This document shows positions 1 through 11,330 of a stretch of 64,000 nucleotides of DNA, in pieces. The stretch covers positions 32,984,001-33,048,000 of the forward strand of contig NC_088801.1 of the NCBI RefSeq assembly GCF_011386835.1, in the 5' to 3' direction. Made by a program: the position numbers and the translations under genes. The stretch comes from Chrysemys picta bellii. Taxonomy: Eukaryota. The notes beneath the pieces were generated by a model. It did no database searches, was not told the DNA's origin, and saw only the letters and a program-made list of their open reading frames with translations. Each line of letters begins with the position of its first letter. Positions within the stretch are counted from its first letter, which is position 1.

Positions 1-613
1 GCTTCCACTAATCAGCTCCTTAAAACAATAAGTTCTTTGGGGAATTGTAACAATTAATGACACATTTGAGCTTCCAGAGTGTGAATTGTGGAATTCTTAT
101 CTAAACGGAAAATACCAGCTTGGTTTGACTTCTTTAAATATTAATTTAACCAGGGACACATACAGAAATCCATACAGCGAAAATTCAATAAACAATAATT
201 CCACACAGATGAGTTTGTCACCTCTGTGCCTGCCTGTGTATTGACGATGGCTGCCAATTCTCCATAAAGTTATGAGTCTTACTGGGGTGTCCATCCAATG
301 TACATACACACACATACACAAGGTGGATTTAATGGCTTTGTCTCCTACATGAAAAATCTATTATTAAACCACTGCTTGCTAGTGCCACTACAGTTAATAG
401 TCTTCTGTCTGCATTTCCATTACAAACCTAATTTTCCAAGTGTGCGTACACCACCTCTTAGCCCAAAGAATTTTTTAAGCCTGTATTACAAAGTCTCCAT
501 CTCAATATTTTTGTACATTTTTTGTAAAAGTTATTTAAGAGTCTGATTAAGAAGTGAAAAAATAAAACTGTAAATAAGTGAAGTAGTTTAGGCTGCATTT
601 TTGTACTCTATAC

Positions 614-926
614 CAAACTGTGGGTCGTGATTCCATTTTAATGGGGTTGCCAGGGCTGGCTTGGACTTGCTGGGACCCAGGGCTGAAACCTGAGCCCCAC
701 CACCCGAGGCCAAAACCTGAGAGCTTCAGCCCTGTGTGTTGGGACTCAGGTTACAGGACACCCTGCCTGGGGCTGAAGCCCTTGGGCTTCAGCTTTGTGC
801 CACCCCCCTCTTGCCAGGGTCAGTGGGGCTCAAGCGGGCTCAGGCTTTGGTCCCTTCTCCTGGGGTTGTGTAGTAATTTTTATTGTCAGAAGGGGGTTGC
901 GGTGCAGTGAAGTTTGAGAACCCCCG
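614..926. mobile_element. Non-autonomous hAT MITE with damaged left TIR
   Basis: 8-bp TSD CTCTATAC at 606-613 and 927-934. Right end AAGTTTGAGAACCCCCG is an hAT-type TIR; the left end starts CAAACTG, so the first bases of that TIR are lost. Confidence 0.8.
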
Positions 927-1536
927 CTCTATACCAAAAAATGAAATGTTGTGGAATATGAGAGACATTACATAAAAACATTAGAAAGGCTAAAATTACT
1001 AACGTGTGAAGAATAGTCTGTTTTTGTCCATATTAAAACCCTGACAGTTTTATAGGCTAAGTGCTCTTAAGGATTCATCTATTAAAGGGCCTGATAACTG
1101 TCCAGTTGAAGGTTTTGTCATTGACTTCTGTTGGATGGAGCAGGACTGGATCTACCTAATAAATATATACCCTTATGTATTTCAATTCATATTAATACCA
1201 GACAGTAAGAGCAAAGGAGCCATTTCAGTCTCTTTAGTCAACACACTTCCAGAAAAGCATGTTAATAATACTATTTAAAAAAAAAACTAAAACCTAACTC
1301 TACAAAAAAAAAAAAAAAGCTTGAAGAATGTTTAGGATTCATCTTTAACCAACCAAAGAAATTAAGAGTGAAGTTATGGGACCAAATGCCTGATTAAGGG
1401 GAGCAGAATTTGGTCCTCTGTCATTAATTCACTCCAGTATGTGATGATTTTGCAGAACATATTGCACGTTCTATAACAGGGAATGCCTTCCCGCCTCTCT
1501 TCTTGCCCTGCAGAAATTGCACAGATTACTCATTGT

Positions 1537-1771
1537 TAAGGCAGCAAGTCTGTCATGGAAGTCACGGAAGTAATAGATTCTGTGACTTTCCAGGACCTCC
1601 GTGACTTCTGCAGCCTGCAAGTGTGACTGACCCCAGGTCCGCACCAGCAGCCCCAGTGGTCCCCCCAGCACCAGCAGTGCCTACAGGTCATGGGGCTGTG
1701 AATTTTTGTTTATTACCCATGACCTGTCCATAACTTTTACTAAAAATATCCGTGACTAAAACATAGCCTTA
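1537..1771. mobile_element. hAT MITE (TAAGGC...GCCTTA termini)
   Basis: Perfect 8-bp TSD CTCATTGT at 1529-1536 and 1772-1779; inverted termini with GTCA(C/T)GGA subterminal motifs. Confidence 0.85.
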
Positions 1772-1921
1772 CTCATTGTGTATTCATCGCACCATTTGTT
1801 TGAGTTCCCTCCACCAACACTACAGTCCCCATGCAACAGTCTATTTACAATACCCTTTGTGCTTTTGGTCCTCTCCTCAGGAACTGAAAAGAGCAGAGGT
1901 TACCTTTCCCTGAAGTCTTTA

Positions 1922-2164
1922 TGAGTATGTCTACACAGCAATTAGACAGCCATGGCTGGCCCACGCCCTGAATTTGACTGGCGGGGCTCAGGCTAAGCCG
2001 CTGTTTAAGTGCAATGTAGATGTTCAGAGGGTCTTAGAACTTGGGTTTCAGCAGGAGCCCAAATGTCTACACTGCAATTAAACAGCCCTTAAGCCCAAGT
2101 CCCACAAGCCCAAGTCAGCTGGTGCAGGCCAGCCACAGGTTTTTAATTGTAGTGTGGACATACC
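1922..2164. mobile_element. PIF/Harbinger MITE
   Basis: TIRs GTATGTCTACAC...GTGTGGACATACC followed by TTA; same TIR type as the Harbinger at 22463. Confidence 0.8.
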
Positions 2165-2388
2165 TTATGAGACTGGGCTCAGCTAGCCCTAGCTCTGATC
2201 TCCCCAGCACTTCCTTTCTGTGTCTCTTTATCCTTCCATGCTGATGGGCTAATTGGCTCTTTATCTTACCCAGCCTGCCAGGGATGTCCTATTTTCCTCC
2301 TGGCTTGTGTCTTTAGGTCTAGGGTTTTTTGATTTTAGTATGTCAAGCTCCTTTGCCCAGTTTCTGATTAGCCCCGCTTCTTGTCACA

Positions 2389-3640
2389 GGGGACTCCAGA
2401 TTTCCATTTTTCTCTTATAAGGGAAGGGAATCCAGTCTTTCCCTGTAACAACTGTATGAGCAGTTTATCTCTCACCCCTACCTGCTTCCACTTAAATGCC
2501 CTCTTGACCTCTAGAGATATCTCTAACATTAGACAGAGTCTCCTCTCACCTAAAATGGATGCATTCTAGTTTTAAGCTCTCACCTGACAGCATCCAAGGG
2601 GGCTTCAATAAATCTCTTTGGAACAGTGAACATCCTGAAACAGTGTCCACCAGTCCCCTCTGATACCTCCTCCCCATCTTTACAAGGATGCTATGAGTTT
2701 TTCTTTTCTGCCTGTCTCTGCTAGCCACAGTCCACCCACAAAACTCTGTGAGCCCACATTCCATAACCACTTTATATGCCCTGGGCATCCATATTGGTAG
2801 CAAACCATGCCCCAGTTTCCTGAAAGAGGTCTCCTCATCACCTCCTTTTTCTTCTTGATTGTCATTGGTGAAGAAAAATTGCCCCCCTTCTTCCCTGAAT
2901 TTGGTCCCTGAAACAGCTATAATTCCTTCTTGGGAAAGTCCATGTCCACAAACTCTTTTGCAAGCTTCACTGCTTCCTTTATGGCTGTTGGCTGCTGCCT
3001 CCAGACCCAGATGCAGGTGCTTTCAGGGAGGCTCTGGAAAAATTGCTCCAATATTATTGTGTCTATTATTTCCCCTTCACTTTGGGTGTCTGGCCTTAGC
3101 CAGTGAGTTGCCCAGTCTGTTAATTTTTATGCAAATGCCCTGGGCTGTCCACCTCCAGTCCATCTAGCAGTGTGAAATTTCTGTCTGTATTTTTCAGTGG
3201 AGAGGCCTACCCTGTTCAGAATGGCCTCCATTACGCCATAGTAGTCCCAGTCCCAGGCATGTTCTTTACTCAGGGTCATATAAGCCAGCTGGGCTTCCTC
3301 TGACAAATAGGGTGCCACTCTGAGAGCCCATGATCTCTTATCCTATATGGCTTCCATTGCTACCCCCTCAAAAGTTGGTAAAAATGCATCAAGGTCAAAT
3401 GCTGAGCCCATTCTACACAGGATAACCCTGTGTCTTACTGCTTTTCCCCACTGTGGGACTCACTACACTCTGTATCTGTTGATGTTGCACCTGTGCCAAT
3501 TCCTTTATGAACTCTTGCAGGCTCATTTGCTGCTCAGTCTGCCAGGCAAGGAGGGACTGGCATTCCATCCAGTGGGACTGCTGGAACAAATGCATGGTCT
3601 TGTGCATCTTTTATTGTTGTTCTACCAACCATTGTAGAGT
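2389..3640 (-). pseudogene. Degraded gag-protease of a Gmr1-like Ty3/Gypsy retrotransposon (SCAN-type capsid CTD, zinc knuckle, aspartic protease)
   Basis: Minus-strand translation reads AQLAYMTLS..EAILNRVGLSTEKYRQKF..PRAFA*KLTDWATHWLRP..IILEQFFQSLPES..WV..P..KEAVKLAKEF (SCAN-like). It also gives degenerate CYQYGCPGH and LVDTVSGCSL (DTG-type protease). Stops and frameshifts present; no integrase or RT. Confidence 0.85.
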
Positions 3641-3678
3641 CTGTTCCATTGCCCGAACACCAACTCCTTGCACCAGCT

Positions 3679-3703
3679 TCCCACTTCTGGTCTTCTGTCA
3701 CCA
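3679..3703 (-). other. Degenerate primer-binding site, tRNA-Leu(CAA/CAG)-like
   Basis: TCCCACTTCTG...TCTGTCACCA resembles the tRNA-Leu 3' end (ATCCCACTTCTGACACCA) and lies between gag and the right LTR. Confidence 0.55.
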
Positions 3704-4149
3704 CAGATGGGGAAAATCATGATCCTGGACAATACCCCACATCTAGTCCTGTTTTCTTGCCCCACAGAAACAGCACAGACTCTACAGGAGGTGCATTCAC
3801 AGTACCATTTATTTAAGTTCCCTCCACCAATACTACTACAGTCCCCATTCAACAGTCTGTTTATAATATCCCCAGTGTTCCATGTTTTCAGTTTTTACTT
3901 GTAAAAAAAATCCAGGAATTTTTCAGTGTTTATTTTTCAGACATTAAAACTGGGATGAATTTGGGTTAAAAATTAAAAAAAATCAGGGAAAAAGAAAAAA
4001 CAAAAAAAACCCTTTTGTAATATACCCATTTTAATTTAGTATAATTGAAACTTTTTTTAATGTACAAAGTTATATTTTGTCTCTTTCAGAACCAGTAGTT
4101 TTTCCAGAAATTCTGGTGTGTGTATGCTCACATAATTTTCTTCAAAGTA

Positions 4150-5870
4150 TCCTCACTCATGTTGAGCCTCTTGCTGTCTTGGAGGTAGTCCAATTTTGAA
4201 AATATGCAATCCGAATCAATCGATCTAGTGGCTACACTCAAAGCTCACAGTACCACTTTGCTGAAGTTGGGAAATATGTCTTGATGACTGTTCCAAAAAA
4301 CCAAGACATCTAGTTTCACATTGTCAGGGTTAGGCAAGTTCATGTAAGTAGTAAATTCCCCTTTCAGATTTGAAATTTCATTTTTAGTGGCAAATGGTTG
4401 AAACGCTCTGGCATAACAGTCACAGTCTGCTGCAAAATTCCCCTTGAGGAATGGCTGCATAACTTGGATGACATTTCAAAAAGAACACTTTGGGGTTCAG
4501 ATTATGGACAACGGTCATCTCCCATTTCTCGCTGAGCATTGTGTTGAAGGTTTTGAATGTTTTTTGGTTCTCTCGTGTTCCGGGGTGAGAAGAATTTCCA
4601 TAAACAGCTGGGGGGAGGGGAGGTTGGCTGTATGTTTCTCCTGTGACTTTTGTGCTCAATTCAGCTGAGATTTTGGTTGTCAGGATCTGGTAAACATCTG
4701 TACTGGCAAATGTGTTGGCAGTAGTTGGAGAAAACTCCAGTATTTTCTGTGTGTCACACAGTGATTCCAAGTTTCCAACAATGAACATTACCTAACTGCA
4801 CAGAATCTGGTGGTCATTTTGGTTATTTGCCAGTCTCTTCAGAGTTTCTCCTTCAGAACCAACAAACTGAGGATGATCAAGAGACATATTAGCACCGTCC
4901 ACTCATTATTTACAGCGAAATACAAGCTCATTACCAATGTGGCACAACAGAGGTAGGTAATCAGCAGTTGGCCCTGCACTTGTCTTGCACTGTGTAAAAC
5001 AAAGCCTTCAACTTGTTTGCATGCTTGAAAATGGCCACCGAATCCAGTGATGCAAGATTTCATTTTTCATTTTTTCTATAGCAGTAGCTTCTGACAGTGC
5101 AACGTTAATCAGATGAGCAGGACAGATAATACATAGCAGCTCCGGTTTCTGATTGAGTTTAATCTCCTGTGTAAACGTAGCCATGTAGGAAATAGAATCT
5201 GTTAGTTGTGACCAATGTTTTCCCAAGTTAGTTGGTACATCTCAAACATGTCAGTTATTGATGCGTCGACAAAACAGCTGTCAGCAGAGGATATGAATGT
5301 CACATCAGCACAAAACAATGTGGGTTTATTTGCTTTGAAATAAAAATAACCCCGAAAATAAAAGGCCAAGAATCAGATGGTCCAATGCATCAGAAGACTC
5401 ATCAAAAATCAGATGAGACATCACATTTTCATCAATTTGTTCCATCAGTTTAGATACTAAAGCATTGTCATTTTCTTCCAGATACTTACGAGTGAGGTTG
5501 TCTGCATTAGGAAGGGGTTTTTGCTGCTGGACAGTACTGTCGCACAGTCACCAGTAGGCCCTTCTACTATTAATAGTGTTTGTCCGGGAAAACAAAAGAG
5601 CATGATGCACAAATTCATTGACACAATCGTGCTGTGTCCTCTCTTTCATTAAAGTCCTGGTGAAAGCTTCTGATATTGACTGTTAATCCCAAAGCTCACT
5701 GTCTTTTTTAAGCTTTTTGTGTCACTTGCTTTCAATATGCTCCTTTATTCTGTCAGCGTGAGCACTGACCTCAATGCTGCAGTACTTGCAGCGCAATGTA
5801 TCCTCTTAACTCCTGTCTTCACTTTTCTTGAAAATTTCTAAGCACTGATTTTCTTGTTGGCATTCAGGCA
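4150..5870 (-). pseudogene. hAT transposase pseudogene (CGGBP-type zinc finger, DE..D catalytic motif, CxxH, C-terminal dimerisation region)
   Basis: Translated fragments: LRCKYCSIEVSAHADRIKEHIESK*HKK, LPNADNLTRKYLE, LIFDESSD, CPAHLINV, DVLVFWNSHQDIFPNFSKVV. Multiple stops and frameshifts. Confidence 0.85.
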
Positions 5871-5915
5871 CACATTTGCATTTTTGCCCCATGTTTACTT
5901 TTTACCTTATCTATA

Positions 5916-6045
5916 TGTAACCCCAAGGAGTTTACCTAGCTTCCTGGGGCTCTGTGTGCTAGTAGTTCAGGGAGAAGCACACTGTCCCTGGTAGGAAGCG
6001 GGAGCCAAGGGCAGACTCAGTCTGCTAGGTAACCCAGAGAGTGAG

Positions 6046-6085
<40 letters not shown>

Positions 6086-6395
6086 TATGTAGAACAACAG
6101 GGGCCCCACTGGTTTTGGGAAGAATTGCAGGCGTGCCTGCTCAAAGGGAGGTGCAGAGTAAAATGATTACAAGGGAAAGCCTGGGAAGAAGAGCTAGCCT
6201 GATCAATAGGGAGTGAGATGCCCTCCCCTAGGAGCCCTGGAAGAGGGAGAAGCCATTTTGGGGGGTGGCATGGAGCTAGCCATAAAAAAGGCAGGACTGG
6301 CTATGTGGGGATCCAGAAGAACCCAGGCCAGTCCATTCAAACCTGTAAGAAGACTGGCACTAAAGGAGGTAACCAGGTGGATAGGTGGCATTACA
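5916..6395. mobile_element. Solo LTR inserted in the hAT element
   Basis: TGTAA...TTACA termini flanked by 4-bp TSD TATA (5912-5915, 6396-6399). Confidence 0.7.
6049..6082. repeat. (GA)n microsatellite
   Basis: Uninterrupted GA dinucleotide run inside the solo LTR. Confidence 0.95.
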
Positions 6396-7240
6396 TATAT
6401 TTAGCTGTGGAGGACTGATTGCTTAAATTCAATGCCACACTACACGGATGCAAAGAAATAGGCAGGCAGCGTCTCCTTGTGAGCCAATCATAGCGAGATA
6501 TTAACGTTTTTGATTTTCTGACCTCCACCGTGTGTGTGTTCTGTGTTTTGCACTGTAGAACTGCTTCAGTCTCAAAGGTGCAGGACACAACAATTGCATA
6601 AAGCTTTAGTGTTTAACAAAAATAAGTACAGACAAAATACTGAGTGGATTGGTAAGCAGGTGTAAATCAGTAAAAACGGAACTCCTTTAATAAAAAAACC
6701 TGGTAATTTATCAGAAAAATGGGTAAAAACAGAAAATGCGGAACAGTAAATATCCCCTATACTTTAGGCCTTCTCCTCAGGACCTGAGGTCTCCCGTCTC
6801 TGAGGCCTCTGTGAGACTGGGCTCAGACAGCTAGCTGGCTGGGCTGGGCTGCCCATCTTTTCTTGTCTTTTCCCTCTCTCCCTTCCTCCACTGGCACTTC
6901 CTTCCTGTGTATCTTCATCCTTCTGGGCTGATGGGCTAATTGGCTATTTATCTCACCCAACCAGCCAGCCTGATTATCTGATGACTCAATCAGCTCTTGG
7001 GGTAGGAGGAGGAGGAAGTGAAGGGAATGGGAACTAATGGATCTTGGTGTGATCAGAGTGCAGGCTCATATGTTCACTCCCTGCACTCTGTCACATGCAG
7101 AGGTGAAAGTAAGCCGGTAAGGTGTGGTACGGCGTACTGGCTAGAGCTGGTACACAGCCAACTGTACCAGCGGGGGCAGCTTACCCATACCGGCAATTTA
7201 AAGGGCCCGGGCCTCCCAGCAGCGGCCGGAGCCCCGGGCC

Positions 7241-7914
7241 CAGGGCCGTCCTTACCCATATGCAAAGTATGCAGCTGCGTGGGGCACCAAATTTCTTGGT
7301 GGCCAGTGCAGCTGTGTGCTGCTCCAACCCCTGCTGCGGCTCTTCCCCACTGCCCCCACCCTTGCTCTGCCCCGCCCTGCTCCTTTCCCGCCCCAGCCCT
7401 GCCTCTTCCTGCCCCTACCCAGCCCCGTCCCCCACTCCCCTGAGCACTGCAGGAGCCAGCATGGCCTGGCCTGCACTCCCGGCGGCGGGAAGTGCAGACG
7501 GTGCTGGGGGGTGGTTCCCCCCAGGGGCGGCTCCAAGCACCAGCGCAGCAAGCGCGTGCCTGGGGCGGCAAGCCGCGGGGGCAGCCTGCCGGTCGCTGTG
7601 AAGGCGGCAGTCAGACAGCCTTTGGCGGCATGCCTGGGGGAGGTACGCCGGTCCCGTGGCAATTCGGTGGCGGGTACGCCGAAGCCGCAGGACCAGCGGA
7701 CCTCCCTCAGGCATGCCACCGAATCCGCGTTACCAGAGGACCTCCCGCAGGCACGCCGCCGAAAGCCGCCTGACTGCTGTGCTTGGGGCGGCAAAATACA
7801 TAGAGCCGCCCCTGGTTCCCCCCTGTCCCCCAAGCCCACTCCCCCCCCCGCGGAGGCCTGGCCCCCCCCATGGGGGGGCTGTGTAGGGCCCCACAATTGC
7901 TAGGGATGACCCTG
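7241..7914. mobile_element. hAT MITE, middle layer of the nest
   Basis: TIRs CAGGGCCGTCCT / AGGGATGACCCTG; perfect TSD CCCGGGCC (7233-7240, 7915-7922). Confidence 0.85.
7522..7814. mobile_element. hAT MITE, inner layer of the nest
   Basis: TIRs CAGGGGCGGCTC / GAGCCGCCCCTG; perfect TSD GTTCCCCC (7514-7521, 7815-7822). Confidence 0.9.
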
Positions 7915-8602
7915 CCCGGGCCCTTTAAATTGCTGCCAGAGCCTGGGTGTAGCGGCGGCAGCCGGGAGCCCTGGGGCTCAGGCGGCGATTTAAAGGGCCT
8001 GGGACTCTGGCTGCCGCTACTGTAGCGGAGACCAGGGCTCCCGGCCACCACTGCAGCTACTGCTACCATGAGGCTCCGGCGGTGATTTAAAGGGCCCGGG
8101 GCTCCCAGCCGCCAGTACCGCAGCCGGAGCTTTAAAGGTTTAAAGGGCCTGGGGATTTAAAGGCCCTGCCTCTCCCAGTTGAGGCCCCACCCCCTTTCAG
8201 TTGAGGCCCTGCCCCCTGCTCAGGACTCTGGCATACCGGTAAGTCCTTTAAGTTACTTTCACCCTTGGTTCCATGCCTCATTGCATTCATTGTTTGGAGA
8301 GTACTGAAGTACCTAGGGACCAAGGACAGAATGTGCTTGTGACCTTTAGCTGTAGCTTTCTTCTAATTGTGATATATACAGTGATGTTAACTTTTGTGAC
8401 ATACATATGTTTGAATGTACTTTTGCCAATGGTATAAATATCCCATTTTAAAAAATGCTAGATGACATAATCTAACCAAAGACATTTTAAATCAACTTTG
8501 CAAAATACATTTTGCTTCTAAGAAACAGGAATAATTTTTTGATCTTTTTTTACTTTTGGATCACCTGATGCTAGACTGTTTATTTTACATATTTGACTAA
8601 GT

Positions 8603-8909
8603 ATCATAGAATCATAGGACTGGAAGGGACCTCAAGAGGTCATCTAGTCCGGTCCCCTGCACTCAAGGCAGGACTAAGTATTATCTAGACCATTCCTGAC
8701 AGGTGTTTGTCTAACCTGCTCTTAAAAATCTCCAATGATGGAAACTCCACAACCTCTCTAGACAATTTATACCAGTGCTTAACCACCCTGACAGTTAGGA
8801 ATTTTTTCTTAATGTCCACCCTAAATCTCTCTTGCTGCAATTTAAGCCCATTGCTTCGTGTCCTATCCTCAGAGGTTAAGAAGAACAATTTCCCCCCTCC
8901 TCCTTGTAA
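8603..8909 (-). mobile_element. CR1 LINE 3' fragment
   Basis: Reverse of the CR1 tail (TCATAGAATCATAG..GGAAGGGACCTC); minus-strand ORF RSNGLKLQQERFRVDIKKKFLTVRVVKHW is the CR1 ORF2 C-terminus. Confidence 0.9.
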
Positions 8910-11019
8910 TTGGCCAACAGCTAAGAACTAAAGTTGTCAGAGGGAAATTATGGTCTTTAGCCGTCAAGCAAGGAATTCTCCCAATTTCTGTCTCAATACA
9001 TTTGGGGCAGACAAGTTAGAAAGTAGAATTCACTGTTAGAATCATTATCCCCATTCTCCTAGCTTGAAAGAAAGTGTATTTGTAATCAGTAAGATTGGGG
9101 AAGACAAGGAATACTAACTCACAGTTAAATAGCATAGTAACTAGAGAAAAGTCATGGTCTCTGAACACCATAACTGAAAAGCTTATTTCCATCCCCTTCC
9201 ATTTTGAGGAAAAGGAAAAGAGAACAAAAACAGACTTTTCCTCTCCCTCCTTTCATTGTCTGTAGGGTATTTCATAATTTTTGTGGATGAGGAGTATAGT
9301 ATTGGTGTTCCTATCCACCTGCCATGAATGGGTTGGGGTTTTAAATCATATTGTCCATTCTATTATGAGACCATTCAGATATCAGGAGATTTGAGTATGC
9401 TCCATTCTGTGGTCCAGATTGTGCCCTCTTAGGTTCCCTATTGCAGATATTGGGATAAGTGGTGCTAAATCTACCCAAAACTAAAGACTCACCCCCTTAA
9501 TTAAGGGGGGAGGAGCCACTGAAGCTTATTAGCAACTGATTATTGGGGACAACAAATGAACAAACTAGGACAGGAGTAAGGGTCAGAGGGCCAAAACAAG
9601 GTAACCAGAGGGGAATTAATTAACTTTTTCAGGGAAGGTCTGCAGGGCCAGAGGATGTACAAATGTGCATCCCCTCTGCCTCTGTCCCACCCAATCTTCC
9701 TCCTCTTCGTCCATTGTGAACACCAGACTGCATGGAGAGGGTGTTGTTGGGGTAGGGTGGAGGGAACTAATGGTCTCACAGAGGTGGTTTAGCCACCACT
9801 TCCATGCCAAAGGTGGAGAGATCACATGTGGAGGAACCTTCTATGTCTGCATCTTGGAGGAAACAATGTGGCCAAATGTACTGGTTAGTGCTATCCAAAT
9901 ACTGCTACAAAAACTTCCCTTGCATATTAATTTGGCATTTTAAATTAATTTGCTCTAGCTCTGTTCACACTCCTTTTGGGTTAGCTTGAAGGAATATTCA
10001 CTGATGCAGCACATTTTAAGCAAATATTGCAGAATATTCACTGAAAGAGAATTCTGAATGTGTAATCTTGAGTATTCACACTGGCAACCTGATCCATCCT
10101 ATCAAGGAATAGAAACATAACACATGGTCTTTTTATCTGTGGGAATGTCCCATCTCCTCAGGAATAACAAAAGGAAAATTAGGGGAAAACATAACAGGAG
10201 TTCACAGTATTTACCAGCTGAAAGAGAGGGAAAGGCAGCAGCCAGCTGTAAAAGAACCATTTTAGCATTACGACCGGCTGTCTCTGCCAGATTTAAAGGG
10301 CCAGTTCCCAGGATGGCATGCTGGGAAAATAGTCCTTATAAGGAACTACTTAGGGGGAGTTGGTCATCATCAAGGAAGAAGCTTCTGCGGATGAGAGAAC
10401 TACTGTGTTGTGTGTATCGTTATTGTATTTCCGTGTCTGGTTAAGACAGAACACCTTTGAATAACAGATATTCACAGTATACTGTTCATGAACAAACTGA
10501 GGCCAATAATTATTCACAGTAATTATTTGGTGAATAATTATAAATAATGAATCCATTTGAGAAAATCACATTCTGTTCACAAACAGTTCCTGGAAAGAAA
10601 GAGGTGAATTAATCATGATCAATTATTTGACCAGCTCTAGCAATGGGATTGTAAACCCACCTTCTTACAGATAGACAGACTCATTTGTATCATGGTACCA
10701 GGTAAGTCCCTGACCATACCAAGGAATCCTTCTTGGAAGACCCTTACACTTATGCAGAGTCCCACTGACCTCAGTTAATAATTCTGAGAAACAGCTCTTC
10801 ATTTTGAACCTTCCTTGAGCATGTTAAGATGATGTGAACACTGTTAGCATATATTTAATGTAAGCTGAGATTGTTTTGCTTTTGCAAATAATTTTGTAAA
10901 ACTAGCTATTATATTCCCAATGTATTGTATGCTATTTCTGAAATGTTAGAGATCTTGAAACAATGAATGCCCTAGCAAGGTCTACTTGCATTGACGAGAA
11001 CCTGATATACTTTATAGAC

Positions 11020-11330
11020 CCGGGGTCTGCAACCTTTCAGAAGTGGTGTGCCGAGTCTTCATTTATTCACTCTGATTTAAGGTTTTGCGTGCCAGTAATA
11101 CATTTTAACGTTTGTAGAAGGTCTTTTTCTATAAGTCTATAATATATAACCAAATTATTGTTGTATGTAAAGTAAATAAGGTTTTAAAAATGTTTAAGAA
11201 GCTTCATTTAAAATTAAATTAAAATGCAGAGCCTCCCGGACTAGTGGCCAGGACCCGGGCAGTGTGAATGCAACTGAAAATCAGCTTGCGTGCCGCCGTC
11301 AGCACACGTGCCATAGGTTGCCTACCCCTG
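11020..11330. mobile_element. hAT (Charlie-type) MITE
   Basis: TIRs C.GGGGTC.GCAACCT / AGGTTGCCTACCCCTG; perfect TSD TTATAGAC. Confidence 0.9.

Larger units (their letters stand above)
1440..2388 (-). mobile_element. Left (3') LTR-like copy of a Gmr1-like Gypsy element, interrupted by two MITEs
   Basis: Starts TGTGA and ends TCACA. Blocks at 1497-1536, 1780-1890 and 2168-2280 match 3750-3872 and 6757-6968 (e.g. GTTCCCTCCACCAA..CTACAGTCCCCAT; GCTGATGGGCTAATTGGCT). Confidence 0.6.
3873..6748 (-). mobile_element. Decayed formerly autonomous hAT transposon with CGGBP1-like N-terminus
   Basis: 8-bp TSD AATATCCC (3865-3872, 6749-6756); ~26-bp imperfect TIRs CAGTGTTCC..TTTTCAGTTTTTAC; transposase relics on the minus strand. 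Confidence 0.9.
3704..7095 (-). mobile_element. Right (5') LTR of the Gmr1-like element, split by an hAT insertion (LTR pieces 3704-3872 and 6749-7095)
   Basis: Similarity to 1440-2388 resumes exactly across the hAT TSD; ends TGTCACA at 7095. Confidence 0.6.
7098..8267. mobile_element. GC-rich hAT MITE (CAGAGGTGAAAGTAA TIR), outer layer of a triple nest
   Basis: Right end TTACTTTCACCCTTG; TSD GTCACATG/GTTCCATG (6/8); same termini as 38341-38657. Confidence 0.85.

Noticed and set aside
7018-8069. Overlapping 140-214 aa ORFs on both strands
   Set aside because: They lie within nested GC-rich MITEs where stop codons are rare; the products are low-complexity with no domain.
9420-9780. Possible solo LTR (TGTG...TCACA)
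   Set aside because: No matching TSD and no internal LTR hallmarks that I could verify.
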